60,416 bases of DNA from an uncultured bacterium (lineage in GTDB: Bacteria; Fidelibacterota; Marinisomatia; Marinisomatales; AB-629-J13), in assembly GCA_964606925.1 (NCBI GenBank), contig CAZSIH010000001.1, positions 1-60,416 on the forward strand. Reading direction: 5' to 3'. Positions 10,181 to 22,894 of this stretch are shown here, piece after piece; within the stretch, counting starts at the first letter, position 1; each line of letters starts with the position of its first letter. Below the pieces are notes generated by a model. The model made no database searches and had not been told where the DNA came from. It saw only the letters and a list, made by a program, of their open reading frames with translations. The translations under genes and the position numbers were made by a program.

Positions 10181-12831
10181 ACCGTAATTGGGCTTGGTTT
10201 ATCAGGGTCTATGTTGTATTTCATCACTGCTTCCTGCATTTTAACTTTTTCAATCTTCCCGGATAACGCCAATGCTCTTATTCCGGCAAGAACAATATAA
10301 AATCGATCGATTTCAAAAAAATGTCTCAGGTTTTCTCTTGTTTCGCTTCTGCCAAAACCGTCTGTTCCAAGAGCATAATAAGGTCCGGGGACATAGGGGG
10401 CGATTTGCTCTGAAACCATTTTCACATAATCGGAAACCGCAACGGTAGGGACTCTAAAATTCTTTAGTTTGTTTTCCAAATGTGATCTTCTTGGTTTTTT
10501 ATCCGGGTGTAAAAGGTTCCATCGTTCTATTTCTTCTGCTTCTCTGCGTAATTCACTAAAACTAGTTACACACCACATTCCTGCATCAATTTCCCAGTCT
10601 TTATTTAAAATGTCTGCTGCTTTTAAAACTTCTTGCATCAAGGGACCGCTCCCTAATAGTCGCAGTGTGGGTTCATCTGTTGATCTTATTTTATACATTC
10701 CTTTAATAATTCCCCCTTCTGCATCTTCAGGCATAGGGGGATGAATATAGTTTTCATTTTCAACCGTTAAATAATAAACAACATCTTTCTGTTCTTCTAA
10801 CATTTCTTTCATGCCATGGTGAATAATTACAGCAATTTCATAAGAGTAGGCTAAATCATATGCCTTAATGTTCGGGGTTGCTGCCGCTGCAAGATGACTG
10901 TGTCCATCCTGGTGTTGAAGCCCTTCCCCGTTTAATGTGGTTCTTCCTGCGGTTCCTCCCAATAAAAAACCTCTCGTTCTCATATCTCCTGCAGCCCAAA
11001 TAAAATCCCAGACTCTTTGAAATCCAAACATGGAATAATAAATATAAAATGGAATCATATTGATGGTGTGGTTGCTGTATGATGTTCCTGCGGCAATAAA
11101 AGAGGAAACAGCACCTGCTTCGTTTATTCCTTCTTCAAGAATTTGTCCTTCTTTAGTTTCTTTATAATATAAAAACTGATCTGAATCAACCGGGTCATAA
11201 AGCTGTCCAAAGTGTGCATATATACCCAACTGGCGAAACAGGGGGTCCAGCCCAAATGTTCTTGCTTCGTCCGGGATGATTGGCACCACATATTTACCAA
11301 TTGTTTTGTCCTTACATAAAAGAGTAAGAAGTCTGACAAAAACCATTGTGGTGGATACTTCCCTGTCTTCAGTCCCATTAATTAATTCATTAAAAATGGT
11401 TACATCCGGGATGGAAAGTTTTTTTGTACGTCCCCTTCTTGAGGGAAGAAAGCCCCCAAGGTTTTCCCTTTTTTCAATAATATATTTTTGTTCCTTGCTT
11501 TCTTTTTTAAATCGATAAAAAGGAGCGTTTGATGCTTGGTCGTTCGATAGTGGGACTTCAAACCTGTCTCTAAAATGCAACAATTCATTGTCGTTAAGTT
11601 TTTTCTGTTGGTGGGTGATGTTTCTTCCCTCTCCTGATTCACCAAGTCCATACCCTTTGATTGTTCTGGCAAGAATAACCGTAGGTTGACCCTTGTGTTG
11701 GGTCGCTTCATGGTAGGCAGCATACATTTTTTCCGGGTCATGTCCTCCTGGTCTAAGATTGTGAAGTTCTTCGTCTGTATGGTCTTTTACAAGTTCTTCA
11801 AGTTCTGAATATTTTCCGAAAAAGTTCCTTCGAATATATTCACCTCCCTCAACAGTATACTTTAACATCTCTCCATCTACAACCTCCTCCATCCTTTTCA
11901 GCAATAAACCTGAAATATCTTTTTCTATAATCTTGTCCCAATCATCTCCCCATATTACTTTAATAACATTCCATCCGGCACCCCTGAACGCTCCTTCAAG
12001 TTCTTGAATTATTTTACCGTTTCCCCGGACGGGGCCATCCAGTCTTTGTAAATTACAATTGATCACAAAAATTAAATTATCCAACTGTTCTCTGGCTGCC
12101 ATTGTCAATGCTCCCATTGCTTCTGGTTCGTCCATTTCTCCGTCACCTAAAAATGCCCAAATCTTTCTTCCCGTATCTAACGTGATTCCCCTGTCAATTA
12201 AATAATTCATAAACCTTGCTTGATAAATGGCCATCAATGGTCCAAGCCCCATGGATACCGTAGCAAATTGCCAAAAATCCGGCATGAGCCATGGGTGGGG
12301 GTAAGAAGATAACCCGCCCTCGCTGGCAAGTTCTCTTCGAAAATTTTCCAAATGCTTTTCTGTAAATCGTCCTTCAATAAATGCCCGGGCATAAATCCCG
12401 GGAGAAGAGTGCCCTTGAAAATATACCAAATCACTTCCGTTAGGATGTTTTGGGCCTTTGAGAAAATGATTAAATGCTACCTCTAAAAGAGTTGCGCTTG
12501 AAGCATAGGTAGAGATGTGTCCACCGATTCCAGGAGCTTTTTTGTTTGCCCGAACAACCATGGCCATGGCATTCCATCTGATAATAGATTTAATTCTTCT
12601 TTCAATAATTCGGTCGCCTGGGTATTCTGTTTGTTCGCTGGGCTGAATCGTATTAATAAATGGGGTAACCGAACTGAAGGGCAGCCGTGTGCCGTGCAAT
12701 TCGGCGTGTTCTATAGATTTTTCCAAGAGAAACCTGAGCCGGTCCTGTCCACTGTCGTTTAGTATTTCATCAACTGAGTCCAGCCATTCTTGGGTTTCCT
12801 GTGGGTCTATGTCTCTATTGTCTTTTCTCAT
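10177..12831 (-). CDS. aceE: Pyruvate dehydrogenase E1 component, homodimeric type
   Basis: 884 aa, the AceE-type length. It heads an E1-E2-E3 operon with 4-nt overlaps. The ThDP-binding region GDGEMDEPE is present. Confidence 0.9.
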   Translation of the reverse strand: MRKDNRDIDPQETQEWLDSVDEILNDSGQDRLRFLLEKSIEHAELHGTRLPFSSVTPFINTIQPSEQTEYPGDRIIERRIKSIIRWNAMAMVVRANKKAPGIGGHISTYASSATLLEVAFNHFLKGPKHPNGSDLVYFQGHSSPGIYARAFIEGRFTEKHLENFRRELASEGGLSSYPHPWLMPDFWQFATVSMGLGPLMAIYQARFMNYLIDRGITLDTGRKIWAFLGDGEMDEPEAMGALTMAAREQLDNLIFVINCNLQRLDGPVRGNGKIIQELEGAFRGAGWNVIKVIWGDDWDKIIEKDISGLLLKRMEEVVDGEMLKYTVEGGEYIRRNFFGKYSELEELVKDHTDEELHNLRPGGHDPEKMYAAYHEATQHKGQPTVILARTIKGYGLGESGEGRNITHQQKKLNDNELLHFRDRFEVPLSNDQASNAPFYRFKKESKEQKYIIEKRENLGGFLPSRRGRTKKLSIPDVTIFNELINGTEDREVSTTMVFVRLLTLLCKDKTIGKYVVPIIPDEARTFGLDPLFRQLGIYAHFGQLYDPVDSDQFLYYKETKEGQILEEGINEAGAVSSFIAAGTSYSNHTINMIPFYIYYSMFGFQRVWDFIWAAGDMRTRGFLLGGTAGRTTLNGEGLQHQDGHSHLAAAATPNIKAYDLAYSYEIAVIIHHGMKEMLEEQKDVVYYLTVENENYIHPPMPEDAEGGIIKGMYKIRSTDEPTLRLLGSGPLMQEVLKAADILNKDWEIDAGMWCVTSFSELRREAEEIERWNLLHPDKKPRRSHLENKLKNFRVPTVAVSDYVKMVSEQIAPYVPGPYYALGTDGFGRSETRENLRHFFEIDRFYIVLAGIRALALSGKIEKVKMQEAVMKYNIDPDKPSPITV

Positions 12832-12876
12832 AGATATATAAATAAACGAAAAGATAAAGTTACAAAATATTTTACG

Positions 12877-14286
12877 TCACACTTCAATCTCTTTCCAGTC
12901 TCCCTTCCTGACTTTCCATGTAATAATAAGAGCAAAGAGAATTATATGAAGAGGGAGGACTGCCCATGGTGCCCAAAAACCCATTTCCATTTTAACACCT
13001 AAAATATAGCTGGAGGGTAGTGCTATTCCCCACAAAAGCATGGATTCTACAATAGCGGGGAATATCGTGTTTCCTGCTCCGGTTAATGCAAACCAGAGTG
13101 TCAGCCCAACTGCGTCAAAAAACTGGAGAACACCAATTATCCTTAATCCAATTACTGATATGTGAATAATGGCTGGATCATTTGTGAAAATCGGAATAAT
13201 TACTCCAGGAAAAAATATAAAAACTAATCCAATTGATCCCATGATGATTTCCGACCACCGAACGCTTTCTATAATGCTCTTCTCTGCTTTATCTATTCTT
13301 TTTTCTCCCATATATTTACTCACCAGTGTTGCACATGCCTGTCCAACACCAATGGCGGGCATTATGGACGCATGCATTATTTGAAATACAATTTCTGTTG
13401 CTGCAAGTTCCAGCACGCCTATCATACCCACAATTTTATAAAAAACAGCCCATCCTCCGGAAATAATAATTTCCTGCACACCCATTGGCAGGGCAAGTTG
13501 AAGTTGTTTTTTGATCATGCTTTTATCCAAACTAAATTGAAACACCTTGTGTTTTTTTTCCACACTCCCTGTAAACAAATAAAAAGAATAATGAAGAACC
13601 ATCCAAAGAGATGCAATGACTGTCGCTGTCGCTGCGCCGCTTACTCCCATTTCCGGAAAATCTGTCCACCCCCATAGTTTTGCAAACCAATTCATATCAA
13701 ATCCAAAAATATTGGAAAAAAATCTGTATAAGTTTTCCGATCCGTAAATAAGCCCCGCATTCAAATAAACATTAAGAACATTGCTTGTTACGGTTACTTT
13801 CATGTGATACTCAGTTTTCTCCACGCCCGTAAAAAAACCCTGAAATATGAATCCTATTGAAGTAAACAAAACACTTAAACAGGTTATCCTTGTATATTCC
13901 TGACAAAGAGTACCTGCTTCTCCAGACAGAAAAAAGGGGACTACCGTATCAGCATAAAGGTATCCAAATACGGATGCGGGAATCCCGTACAATAAAGCCA
14001 TCACTATTCCGTTGTGCATTGCTGTCCCGCACTGTTTGAATTTTTTCTGTCCCAATCTTCTTGCGGCAACGGTTTGGGTTCCCGTTCTCAGTCCCAAAGA
14101 GAAAGTAATAATCGTCCATACCAGCATCGCCCCCATTCCTGTTGCTGCAAGGGCTTCCGCCCCCAGCCTTCCCACCATTGCCATGTCCGCAAGACCCATG
14201 AGAACCCTGCTGGTATTTCCAATTATTACTGGGATTGCAAGTACAATTATTTCTTTTGATAACTCTCTGTTTTTTGGTAACAACAT
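12877..14286 (-). CDS. MATE family efflux transporter
   Basis: 469 aa and about 12 hydrophobic helices. The N-terminus ..LAIPVIIGNTSRVLMGLADMAMVGRLG is typical of MATE/NorM proteins. Confidence 0.85.
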   Translation of the reverse strand: MLLPKNRELSKEIIVLAIPVIIGNTSRVLMGLADMAMVGRLGAEALAATGMGAMLVWTIITFSLGLRTGTQTVAARRLGQKKFKQCGTAMHNGIVMALLYGIPASVFGYLYADTVVPFFLSGEAGTLCQEYTRITCLSVLFTSIGFIFQGFFTGVEKTEYHMKVTVTSNVLNVYLNAGLIYGSENLYRFFSNIFGFDMNWFAKLWGWTDFPEMGVSGAATATVIASLWMVLHYSFYLFTGSVEKKHKVFQFSLDKSMIKKQLQLALPMGVQEIIISGGWAVFYKIVGMIGVLELAATEIVFQIMHASIMPAIGVGQACATLVSKYMGEKRIDKAEKSIIESVRWSEIIMGSIGLVFIFFPGVIIPIFTNDPAIIHISVIGLRIIGVLQFFDAVGLTLWFALTGAGNTIFPAIVESMLLWGIALPSSYILGVKMEMGFWAPWAVLPLHIILFALIITWKVRKGDWKEIEV

Positions 14287-14409
14287 GGTTTAAGGGAGGT
14301 TTTTCATCGGATTGATGTTGGTTCCGTGTTTTTGGACGATGATTTTTTTCTTTTAATATTTATGTTTCTGGTGGGTATTTTTTTATAATACGGGGGGTTA
14401 ATTTCAGTT

Positions 14410-15351
14410 ATGTTTTATAACTTCTCCAATAAAATTGATGTAGAATTTTTGAACTCTAAACTAAAAACTGGTTATTCATTAACAGACAAATTTGATTCCG
14501 GATATCCTGTAGTGGCCATTGAAACAGCAATCCTTACTCATGGAATGCCTTTTGAGTATGGAATGAATTTTATTAAGTCGGTTTTTCGAGTGTGTCGAAA
14601 ATCCTCTGTGTCACCTGCTTTTCTTTCAGTAATAAATGGTGTTTTTAACACAGGAACATCTGAAAAAGATTTGTTAACCTTTATCAACAGCTCTGGTTTG
14701 AAAAAAATTTCCCTGCAGAATATGGGGCTTGCTATGGCATTGAAGTGGTCCGGAGGAACCACGGTTTCTGCCGGTATTGTCATGGCAAGTCGCGCGGGAA
14801 TTCCTGTTTTTTGTACGGGTGGAATTGGAGGTGTTCATAGAGGGTTTGTTGAAAGTTTGGATGTGTCTCAGGATCTTTTTTCTTTAAGTAAAACTCCCGT
14901 GATTGTGATAACTGCAGGCGCAAAAGCAGTGCTTGATCTGACAAAAACTTATGAAGCCCTTGAGTTTTTTGGGATTCCTGTTATAGGATATCGTACTGAA
15001 GAATTTCCTTCATTTTGGTCCAGAAACTCCGGTATCTCTCTTGAGGCAACTGTCGGCTCACCTGAAGAAGTTGTGTCTGTCTGGAAACATCATATTAACT
15101 CGGGTAACAGGTCAGCGCTTGTTGTTGCTAACCCTGTTCCCGAAAAAGATCAAATTCCTTATTCAGAAATAAGCGGTGCGATAGACTCGGCTGTAAACAA
15201 AGCTCGGGAATCTGGTGTTTCGGGTCCCGGTCTAACCCCTTTTCTTCTTCAGTTTCTGAATGAAAAAACAAATGGAAGGTGTCTGAAAACAAATCTTTCC
15301 CTCGCAATAAACAATGTTGAACTTGGGTCGGCTGTTTCAAGGGTGCTTTAG
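14410..15351 (+). CDS. psuG: Pseudouridine-5'-phosphate glycosidase
   Basis: 313 aa. PVVAIETAILTHGMP and CTGGIGGVHRG motifs are characteristic of the PsuG/IndA family. Confidence 0.8.
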   Translation: MFYNFSNKIDVEFLNSKLKTGYSLTDKFDSGYPVVAIETAILTHGMPFEYGMNFIKSVFRVCRKSSVSPAFLSVINGVFNTGTSEKDLLTFINSSGLKKISLQNMGLAMALKWSGGTTVSAGIVMASRAGIPVFCTGGIGGVHRGFVESLDVSQDLFSLSKTPVIVITAGAKAVLDLTKTYEALEFFGIPVIGYRTEEFPSFWSRNSGISLEATVGSPEEVVSVWKHHINSGNRSALVVANPVPEKDQIPYSEISGAIDSAVNKARESGVSGPGLTPFLLQFLNEKTNGRCLKTNLSLAINNVELGSAVSRVL

Positions 15352-15887
15352 CTGTTCTTCGCCGATCTTATACATTCTTCAACTATATTTCTTTTGTTTT
15401 TCGTTTTTTCTGGTATTCCAAATGCCGTGACTGTATGTCCTATATAATTCAATATAGGTGTAATAATCCCTGTGTTTTCTGATATTATTTTTACCAAACC
15501 TTTTTCTGTGTTAAACCTCTTATTACCAACAGTAAAAACTGTTTTTTGTGTATAATCAGCAGGCGGTTTATAAACAGACGACATATCCGGAAACATTGGG
15601 TATGATTTGAAAGGTGTTTGTCCAATTAATCCATTAAATCCGGAAATATTAATGTGATCTTTAATTGAAATGGGGGTTTTCCATCCTTTTATTTGATCAA
15701 AAAGAATGATTTTCTTTTTATCACAGTCCAATAATGAGTCGTACACATCAATTATGCTTGGAGGGAATTGTGTATACCATATATATCGATTTCCGTTCTC
15801 TTTTTGGACACTGTATGACCTGTTTTCGTTGTTTATAGTATTATATCCAAAAAAATTTGGGGTGGATGCGAAAACAATTGTTATCAT
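15348..15887 (-). CDS. Short, degenerate purine-nucleoside-phosphorylase-like protein (function unknown)
   Basis: 179 aa. KDHINISGFNGLIGQTPFKSYPMFPDMSSVY resembles the PNP motif DHIN..G.NPL.G.N...RF.DMS..Y. The N-terminal phosphate loop and C-terminal VGMSTVPE-type segment are not recognisable. TAATG overlap with yggS. Confidence 0.4.
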   Translation of the reverse strand: MITIVFASTPNFFGYNTINNENRSYSVQKENGNRYIWYTQFPPSIIDVYDSLLDCDKKKIILFDQIKGWKTPISIKDHINISGFNGLIGQTPFKSYPMFPDMSSVYKPPADYTQKTVFTVGNKRFNTEKGLVKIISENTGIITPILNYIGHTVTAFGIPEKTKNKRNIVEECIRSAKNS

Positions 15888-16579
15888 TAATGCCTCTTTC
15901 CCAATAGGGCTGTGCCAATTCTAATCTGCGTGGATCCCTCCTCAACGGCGACTTCAAAATCACTACTCATCCCCATTGATAGTTCTTTTAGTTCTTCACA
16001 TTCTTGTGGTTTTTGTCTGTTCAGGTCGTCTTTTATTTCTCTTAATAACCTAAATGCCCTGTGCGTTTCTTTTTTATTCTTATTTACGGGGGCAATTGTC
16101 ATAAGCCCCTGAATTTTGATATTTTGATTTTCAAAACACTCTAGCATCTTATCAATTTCTTCAGGGAAAAACCCATGTTTCTGCGGTTCACATACCGTGT
16201 TTATTTCAATCAAAACTGGGATATTTAAATTTAGTTGTCTTGCTTTTTTATTTATTTTTTTCGATAGTTTTATTGAGTCAACTGAGTCAATGTTATCAAA
16301 TAACTCTATACATTTGTTGATTTTATTTGATTGTAGGTGGCCAATAAATCTTTTTTTTAGTTGGGGCATTTCCGGGTGGGGGAGGAGCTTGCCATTGGCT
16401 TCTTGTATTTTATTTTCTCCAATGGAGTGTATACCTGCCTTATAACATTCTTGAATAATTAAAAATGGATGGGTTTTTGTTACAGCTGTTATTTCCGTTC
16501 TTTGTTTTATTCCATTTATTAATTTTACCTTTTCTATCTTATCCTGAATTTTTTTCAGGTTGTCTTTTATGGTGGTCAT
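15887..16579 (-). CDS. yggS: YggS family pyridoxal-phosphate homeostasis protein
   Basis: 230 aa with the PLP-lysine context [10 protein letters not shown] and ..IGENKIQEA... Overlaps gyrA by 4 nt. Confidence 0.85.
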   Translation of the reverse strand: MTTIKDNLKKIQDKIEKVKLINGIKQRTEITAVTKTHPFLIIQECYKAGIHSIGENKIQEANGKLLPHPEMPQLKKRFIGHLQSNKINKCIELFDNIDSVDSIKLSKKINKKARQLNLNIPVLIEINTVCEPQKHGFFPEEIDKMLECFENQNIKIQGLMTIAPVNKNKKETHRAFRLLREIKDDLNRQKPQECEELKELSMGMSSDFEVAVEEGSTQIRIGTALLGKRH

Positions 16580-19077
16580 TCCGTTTCAAGTACATTCTCT
16601 TCTGTGGGTGGGTTTTGTTCTTGTGATTCTTCTTCGTCTGGGGTTTCATCCTCATGTAATACTCTTGTAAGAGAAGAAATGGTTGTTCCTTTGTCCAGTT
16701 TGACCAGCCTTACTCCTTGTGTTACTCTGCCAATAGTCCTAATAGCAGACACGGGTTGACGCATTAAGACCCCTGTGTTTGTTATGACAATTAAATCATC
16801 CGTATCAACAACTTCCAAAATGTTAACCATCTTCCCTGTCTTCTCTGTACATCTCATTGTAAGGACACCCTTTCCTCCTCGTTTCTGTGTCCGATACTGA
16901 ATTACGTCAGTACGTTTCCCGTATCCTTTTTCCGTACCAACCAGAATGGTGCCCTCTCTTTTTACTACAAGCATTCCTATCACCCTGTCTTCTTTTGAAC
17001 TAAGCCTGATTCCCCTAACGCCCATTGTTTTTCTTCCGCTCGGACGGATGTTTTCTTCTGAAAACCGTATTGACTTTCCTTCGTGTGTACCTAAAAGAAT
17101 GTCGTTCTTACCATCAGTTATCTTTGCTTCGATTAGTTTGTCGTTTTCTCTTATATCAATTGCATATATTCCGCCCTTTCGTGGATTTCCATACGCTGAT
17201 AAAACCGTCTTTTTCACAATGCCCTTCTCCGTTGACATTACAATAAAATGTTCATCATCAAACTCTTTAACGCTTACAAATGCTTCCACTTTCTCTCCCG
17301 GCTGACATCCAATAAGGTTGACAATTGCCCTCCCCCTTGTGGCTCGTCCTCCTTGGGGAATATCATATACTTTTAGCCAATAACATTTTCCTTGATCCGA
17401 AAAATAAAGAATATAATTGTGTGAGTTTGCAATAAACAGGTGTTCAACAAAATCCTCGTCTTTTGATATTGCCCCCTGAACGCCCCGTCCTCCTCTCCGT
17501 TGGGTTTTGTAGGTCGTTACAGTTGTCCGCTTAATATAACCCTGATGTGTGATTGTAATTACCACATCCTCTTCTGCTATCATGTCTTCTATGGAAAAAT
17601 CTGTAGATACTGGAATTATTTCTGTTCTGCGTTCATCTCCATATGTTTCTCGAACCTCCATTAATTCAGATTTTATTATATCCATTCTTTGTGATTTGCT
17701 CTCTAAAATTCCCCTCAGATATGCTATTGTTTTAATCGTTTCTTTATATTCTTCTACTATCTTTTCTGTTTCTAATCCTGTGAGTCTTTGAAGTCTCATA
17801 TCTAAAATGGCCTGTGTTTGTTTTATTGAAAGACTAAAAACGTTCATGAGCCCTTCTTTTGCGTGGTTAGGGTCTTTGCTTCCTTTAATCGTTTTTATGA
17901 TTTCATCAATATTATCTAGGGCAATTTTTAATCCCTCTAATATATGAGCACGTTCTTCTGCAGCAGAAAGGTCATATTGTGTCCTGCGGACAACAATATC
18001 GTGCCTGAAATCTATAAAGTGTTGCAACATCTCTTTTAGCGTCATAATCTTTGGGACACCGTCATATAAAGCTAAAAGAATTATACCAAAGGTGTCCTGT
18101 AGTTGTGTGTGTTTATATAATAAGTTTAAAATCACCTCAGGAACTGCGTCCTTTTTAGTTTCAATAACCACACGAATTCCGTCTTTATCCGATTCGTCTC
18201 TAAGGTCTCTTATTCCTTCAACCTTTTTCTCTCTCACCAGATCAGCAATTTTCTCCATCAGGGTGGCTTTGTTTACCTGATATGGGAGCTCTGTTATAAC
18301 AATGCTGTTCTTACCTGATTTTTGTGACTCAATGTGTGCCCGGGCTCTCATTTTTATTTTTCCCCGTCCTGTTGTGTAGGCGCTTTCTAGTCCGTCCATT
18401 CCCATTATCAGGCCAGCGGTGGGAAAGTCCGGTCCTTTAATATGAAACCTGAGTTCTTCGTTGGTAATCTCTTTCTTGTCAATCATAGCTATAAGTCCAC
18501 CGATAATCTCTGTTACGTTGTGAGGTGGGATTTTTGTTGCCATTCCCACGGCAATTCCTTCTGAACCGTTTATCAAAAGATTTGGTATTAGGGATGGTAA
18601 TACAGAGGGCTCTTTCAGTGTTTCGTCAAAATTTAATACCCAGCTTACTGTCTTTTTATCAAGATCTTTCAGCATTTCGCAGGATAGGCGTGTCATCCTT
18701 GATTCAGTATAACGCATTGCTGCGGCGTTATCTCCATCAATGGAACCAAAATTTCCTTGGCCATCTACCAGTTCATAGCGCATTGAAAAACCTTGAGCCA
18801 TCCTAACCAAGGCATCATACACTGAAGAATCTCCATGGGGATGATATTTACCTAAGACATCGCCGACAATTCGGGCAGATTTTTTATACGGACGGTTCCA
18901 TTGTGAACCAAGTTCGCTCATACCATATAAAATCCTTCGGTGAACCGGCTTAAGGCCGTCCCGAACGTCCGGTAGTGCTCTGGATACGATAACCGACATG
19001 GAATAATTAAGATAGCTTTCCCGCATTTCCTCCACAATATCTCGTGGCAGTGTGTTGTCTCTGTTTAAATCAACCAT
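16576..19077 (-). CDS. gyrA: DNA gyrase subunit A
   Basis: [12 protein letters not shown] and the active-site Tyr context [11 protein letters not shown]-terminal beta-pinwheel repeats. 833 aa. Confidence 0.97.
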   Translation of the reverse strand: MVDLNRDNTLPRDIVEEMRESYLNYSMSVIVSRALPDVRDGLKPVHRRILYGMSELGSQWNRPYKKSARIVGDVLGKYHPHGDSSVYDALVRMAQGFSMRYELVDGQGNFGSIDGDNAAAMRYTESRMTRLSCEMLKDLDKKTVSWVLNFDETLKEPSVLPSLIPNLLINGSEGIAVGMATKIPPHNVTEIIGGLIAMIDKKEITNEELRFHIKGPDFPTAGLIMGMDGLESAYTTGRGKIKMRARAHIESQKSGKNSIVITELPYQVNKATLMEKIADLVREKKVEGIRDLRDESDKDGIRVVIETKKDAVPEVILNLLYKHTQLQDTFGIILLALYDGVPKIMTLKEMLQHFIDFRHDIVVRRTQYDLSAAEERAHILEGLKIALDNIDEIIKTIKGSKDPNHAKEGLMNVFSLSIKQTQAILDMRLQRLTGLETEKIVEEYKETIKTIAYLRGILESKSQRMDIIKSELMEVRETYGDERRTEIIPVSTDFSIEDMIAEEDVVITITHQGYIKRTTVTTYKTQRRGGRGVQGAISKDEDFVEHLFIANSHNYILYFSDQGKCYWLKVYDIPQGGRATRGRAIVNLIGCQPGEKVEAFVSVKEFDDEHFIVMSTEKGIVKKTVLSAYGNPRKGGIYAIDIRENDKLIEAKITDGKNDILLGTHEGKSIRFSEENIRPSGRKTMGVRGIRLSSKEDRVIGMLVVKREGTILVGTEKGYGKRTDVIQYRTQKRGGKGVLTMRCTEKTGKMVNILEVVDTDDLIVITNTGVLMRQPVSAIRTIGRVTQGVRLVKLDKGTTISSLTRVLHEDETPDEEESQEQNPPTEENVLETE

Positions 19078-19094
19078 TAATTTTTTTCTATGCT

Positions 19095-21337
<2,243 letters not shown>

Positions 21338-21479
21338 GCAATTCTCATGTTTGTTTGTAACACGGGTTTTGATTCATTATCCTTTGTCTGTGGTGGTTGT
21401 TTTTTAAACTACATTTCCCTTCAAAAAAGAAGGTGTTTTTATAAACAAAAATATCTGTTCCGAACTGTTGTAATCCTTT

Positions 21480-22595
21480 TTAATCATTTAGCCGGATTGG
21501 CATAAGAAGCATGGTTATTTCCTTTCCTTCTTCCGTTTCTTCCGGGTAAAAAACTGTAGCACTGATCGGGGTATTTAATTTTAAAATAATTTTATTACTA
21601 GGCATATAAGATAACAATTCTTTTAAATAAGATGCGTTATACCCTATTGTAATGGGTTCTCCGTTATATTCGCCATTCAACTTTTCCAGTGCTCTCGTGG
21701 CCTTTTCCGGATCTTCCGTTGCTATTTCTAAGCCTTCCTTCTTCAGTTTAATTGCAATCTGCTGGGTTGTTCTGTTTGAAAATATAGAAACTCTTCTTAC
21801 CGCCGAAACCATCTCCTGTACATCAATTGTAAGGGTTTTATCATTGTTTGTAGGAATAACGCTTTCGTAGTCAGGATACCTTTCATCTATAATCCGCGAA
21901 TGTACTGTATCTTTTCCGAAGTTTGCTGTAATATGGCTCTTACCCATTTGTATTTCTACTGTTTCAGTTTGTCCTAAAAGGCTTTGTGACAAACTTAAAA
22001 ATTTTCTTGGTATAATAATGTCTCCAGAAAATCCGCCTGAATCGAAGTCCATTATTTTATAGCGTACCAACCGGTGTCCATCCGTTGCTACTGTGGTCAG
22101 GGTGTTTGGATTAAACTGAAATAGAACCCCTGTCAGGGCTGGTTTTAATTCATCACTGCTTATTGCAAAACTAGTTAGCTGAAAAACTGATTTTAGTAGT
22201 TCAGAAGAAATTGTAACAGGGGTTTGTTTGTCTGTTTCCGGGGGTGCGGGAAATTCTTCTGATGCCATTCCTTTTAAATCATAATCTCCCGTGTCGCTTT
22301 TTAGTGAAACGTTTAATTTGTCATCTACAGACAATGTAATTCTCCCATCAGGAAGTTCGTTTGTAACATTCAGGAGCGTATCAACGGGGACAACTGAGGA
22401 TCCTTCTTCCTCTATGCTTGCCGGTACAGTTAATATCATAGTTTGCTCAAGATTGGTGGCTCTCATAATAATTGAACCATTGTTAGTAGTTATAAGTAAA
22501 TTTCCAAGAATAGGTATGGTAGATCGTCTTGGGATAATTTTGGATAGTTTTTGAAGAGACGCCTGAACATCTGTTTTAGTAGTAGAAAATTTCAT
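21480..22595 (-). CDS. dnaN: DNA polymerase III beta sliding clamp
   Basis: 371 aa with three-domain length. N-terminus MKFS..L.KLSKIIPRRSTIPILGNLLI and C-terminal LLMPIRL are typical of DnaN. Confidence 0.92.
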   Translation of the reverse strand: MKFSTTKTDVQASLQKLSKIIPRRSTIPILGNLLITTNNGSIIMRATNLEQTMILTVPASIEEEGSSVVPVDTLLNVTNELPDGRITLSVDDKLNVSLKSDTGDYDLKGMASEEFPAPPETDKQTPVTISSELLKSVFQLTSFAISSDELKPALTGVLFQFNPNTLTTVATDGHRLVRYKIMDFDSGGFSGDIIIPRKFLSLSQSLLGQTETVEIQMGKSHITANFGKDTVHSRIIDERYPDYESVIPTNNDKTLTIDVQEMVSAVRRVSIFSNRTTQQIAIKLKKEGLEIATEDPEKATRALEKLNGEYNGEPITIGYNASYLKELLSYMPSNKIILKLNTPISATVFYPEETEEGKEITMLLMPIRLND

Positions 22596-22687
22596 GGTTA
22601 ATACAGTCTCTAAATTTAAAATAGGTTTATGTTACGGACAAATTATGAAAAGTGTTTAAAGCATAATAATTTCTATAACTAAGTAAA

Positions 22688-22705
22688 TAATAATAATAAT
22701 AATAA
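22688..22705. repeat. (TAA)6 microsatellite in the dnaN upstream spacer
   Basis: Read directly: taa taa taa taa taa taa, preceded by taaa. Confidence 0.9.
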
Positions 22706-22714
22706 GGTTTATAT

Positions 22715-22879
22715 TGTGAATAACTAAATATCTTTTTTTGAAAAATTACTTAGATATTCAAGAAAAGGTTGTCAGTTAAAGCAAGTGTTTATGTTGACAT
22801 TTTCAAATATAGTGTGGAAAACATCTTTATTAACTGAGAATATCTCTTAGAATGACAAGCAGCTAATAATTGTGGAAAA
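22715..22879 (+). promoter_or_regulatory. Cluster of three same-orientation DnaA-box-like 9-mers
   Basis: TGTGAATAA at 22715-22723 fits TGTGNATAA. TGTGGAAAA at 22813-22821 and 22871-22879 each have one mismatch and share the 11-mer TGTGGAAAACA, 58 bp apart. All lie in the 299-bp spacer upstream of dnaN. Confidence 0.3.
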
Positions 22880-22894
22880 CAAATGTGCAAAAAA

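Noticed and set aside
21418-21433. Hairpin CCTTC-aaaaaa-GAAGG in the dnaN/DUF721 spacer as the dnaN terminator
   Set aside because: The stem is only 5 bp, and the T-run follows it on the plus strand, not on the minus strand where dnaN is transcribed. This is too weak to call.
22684-22705. The AT-rich trinucleotide repeat as a CRISPR or iteron array
   Set aside because: It is a simple (TAA)n microsatellite with no spacers and no cas genes.
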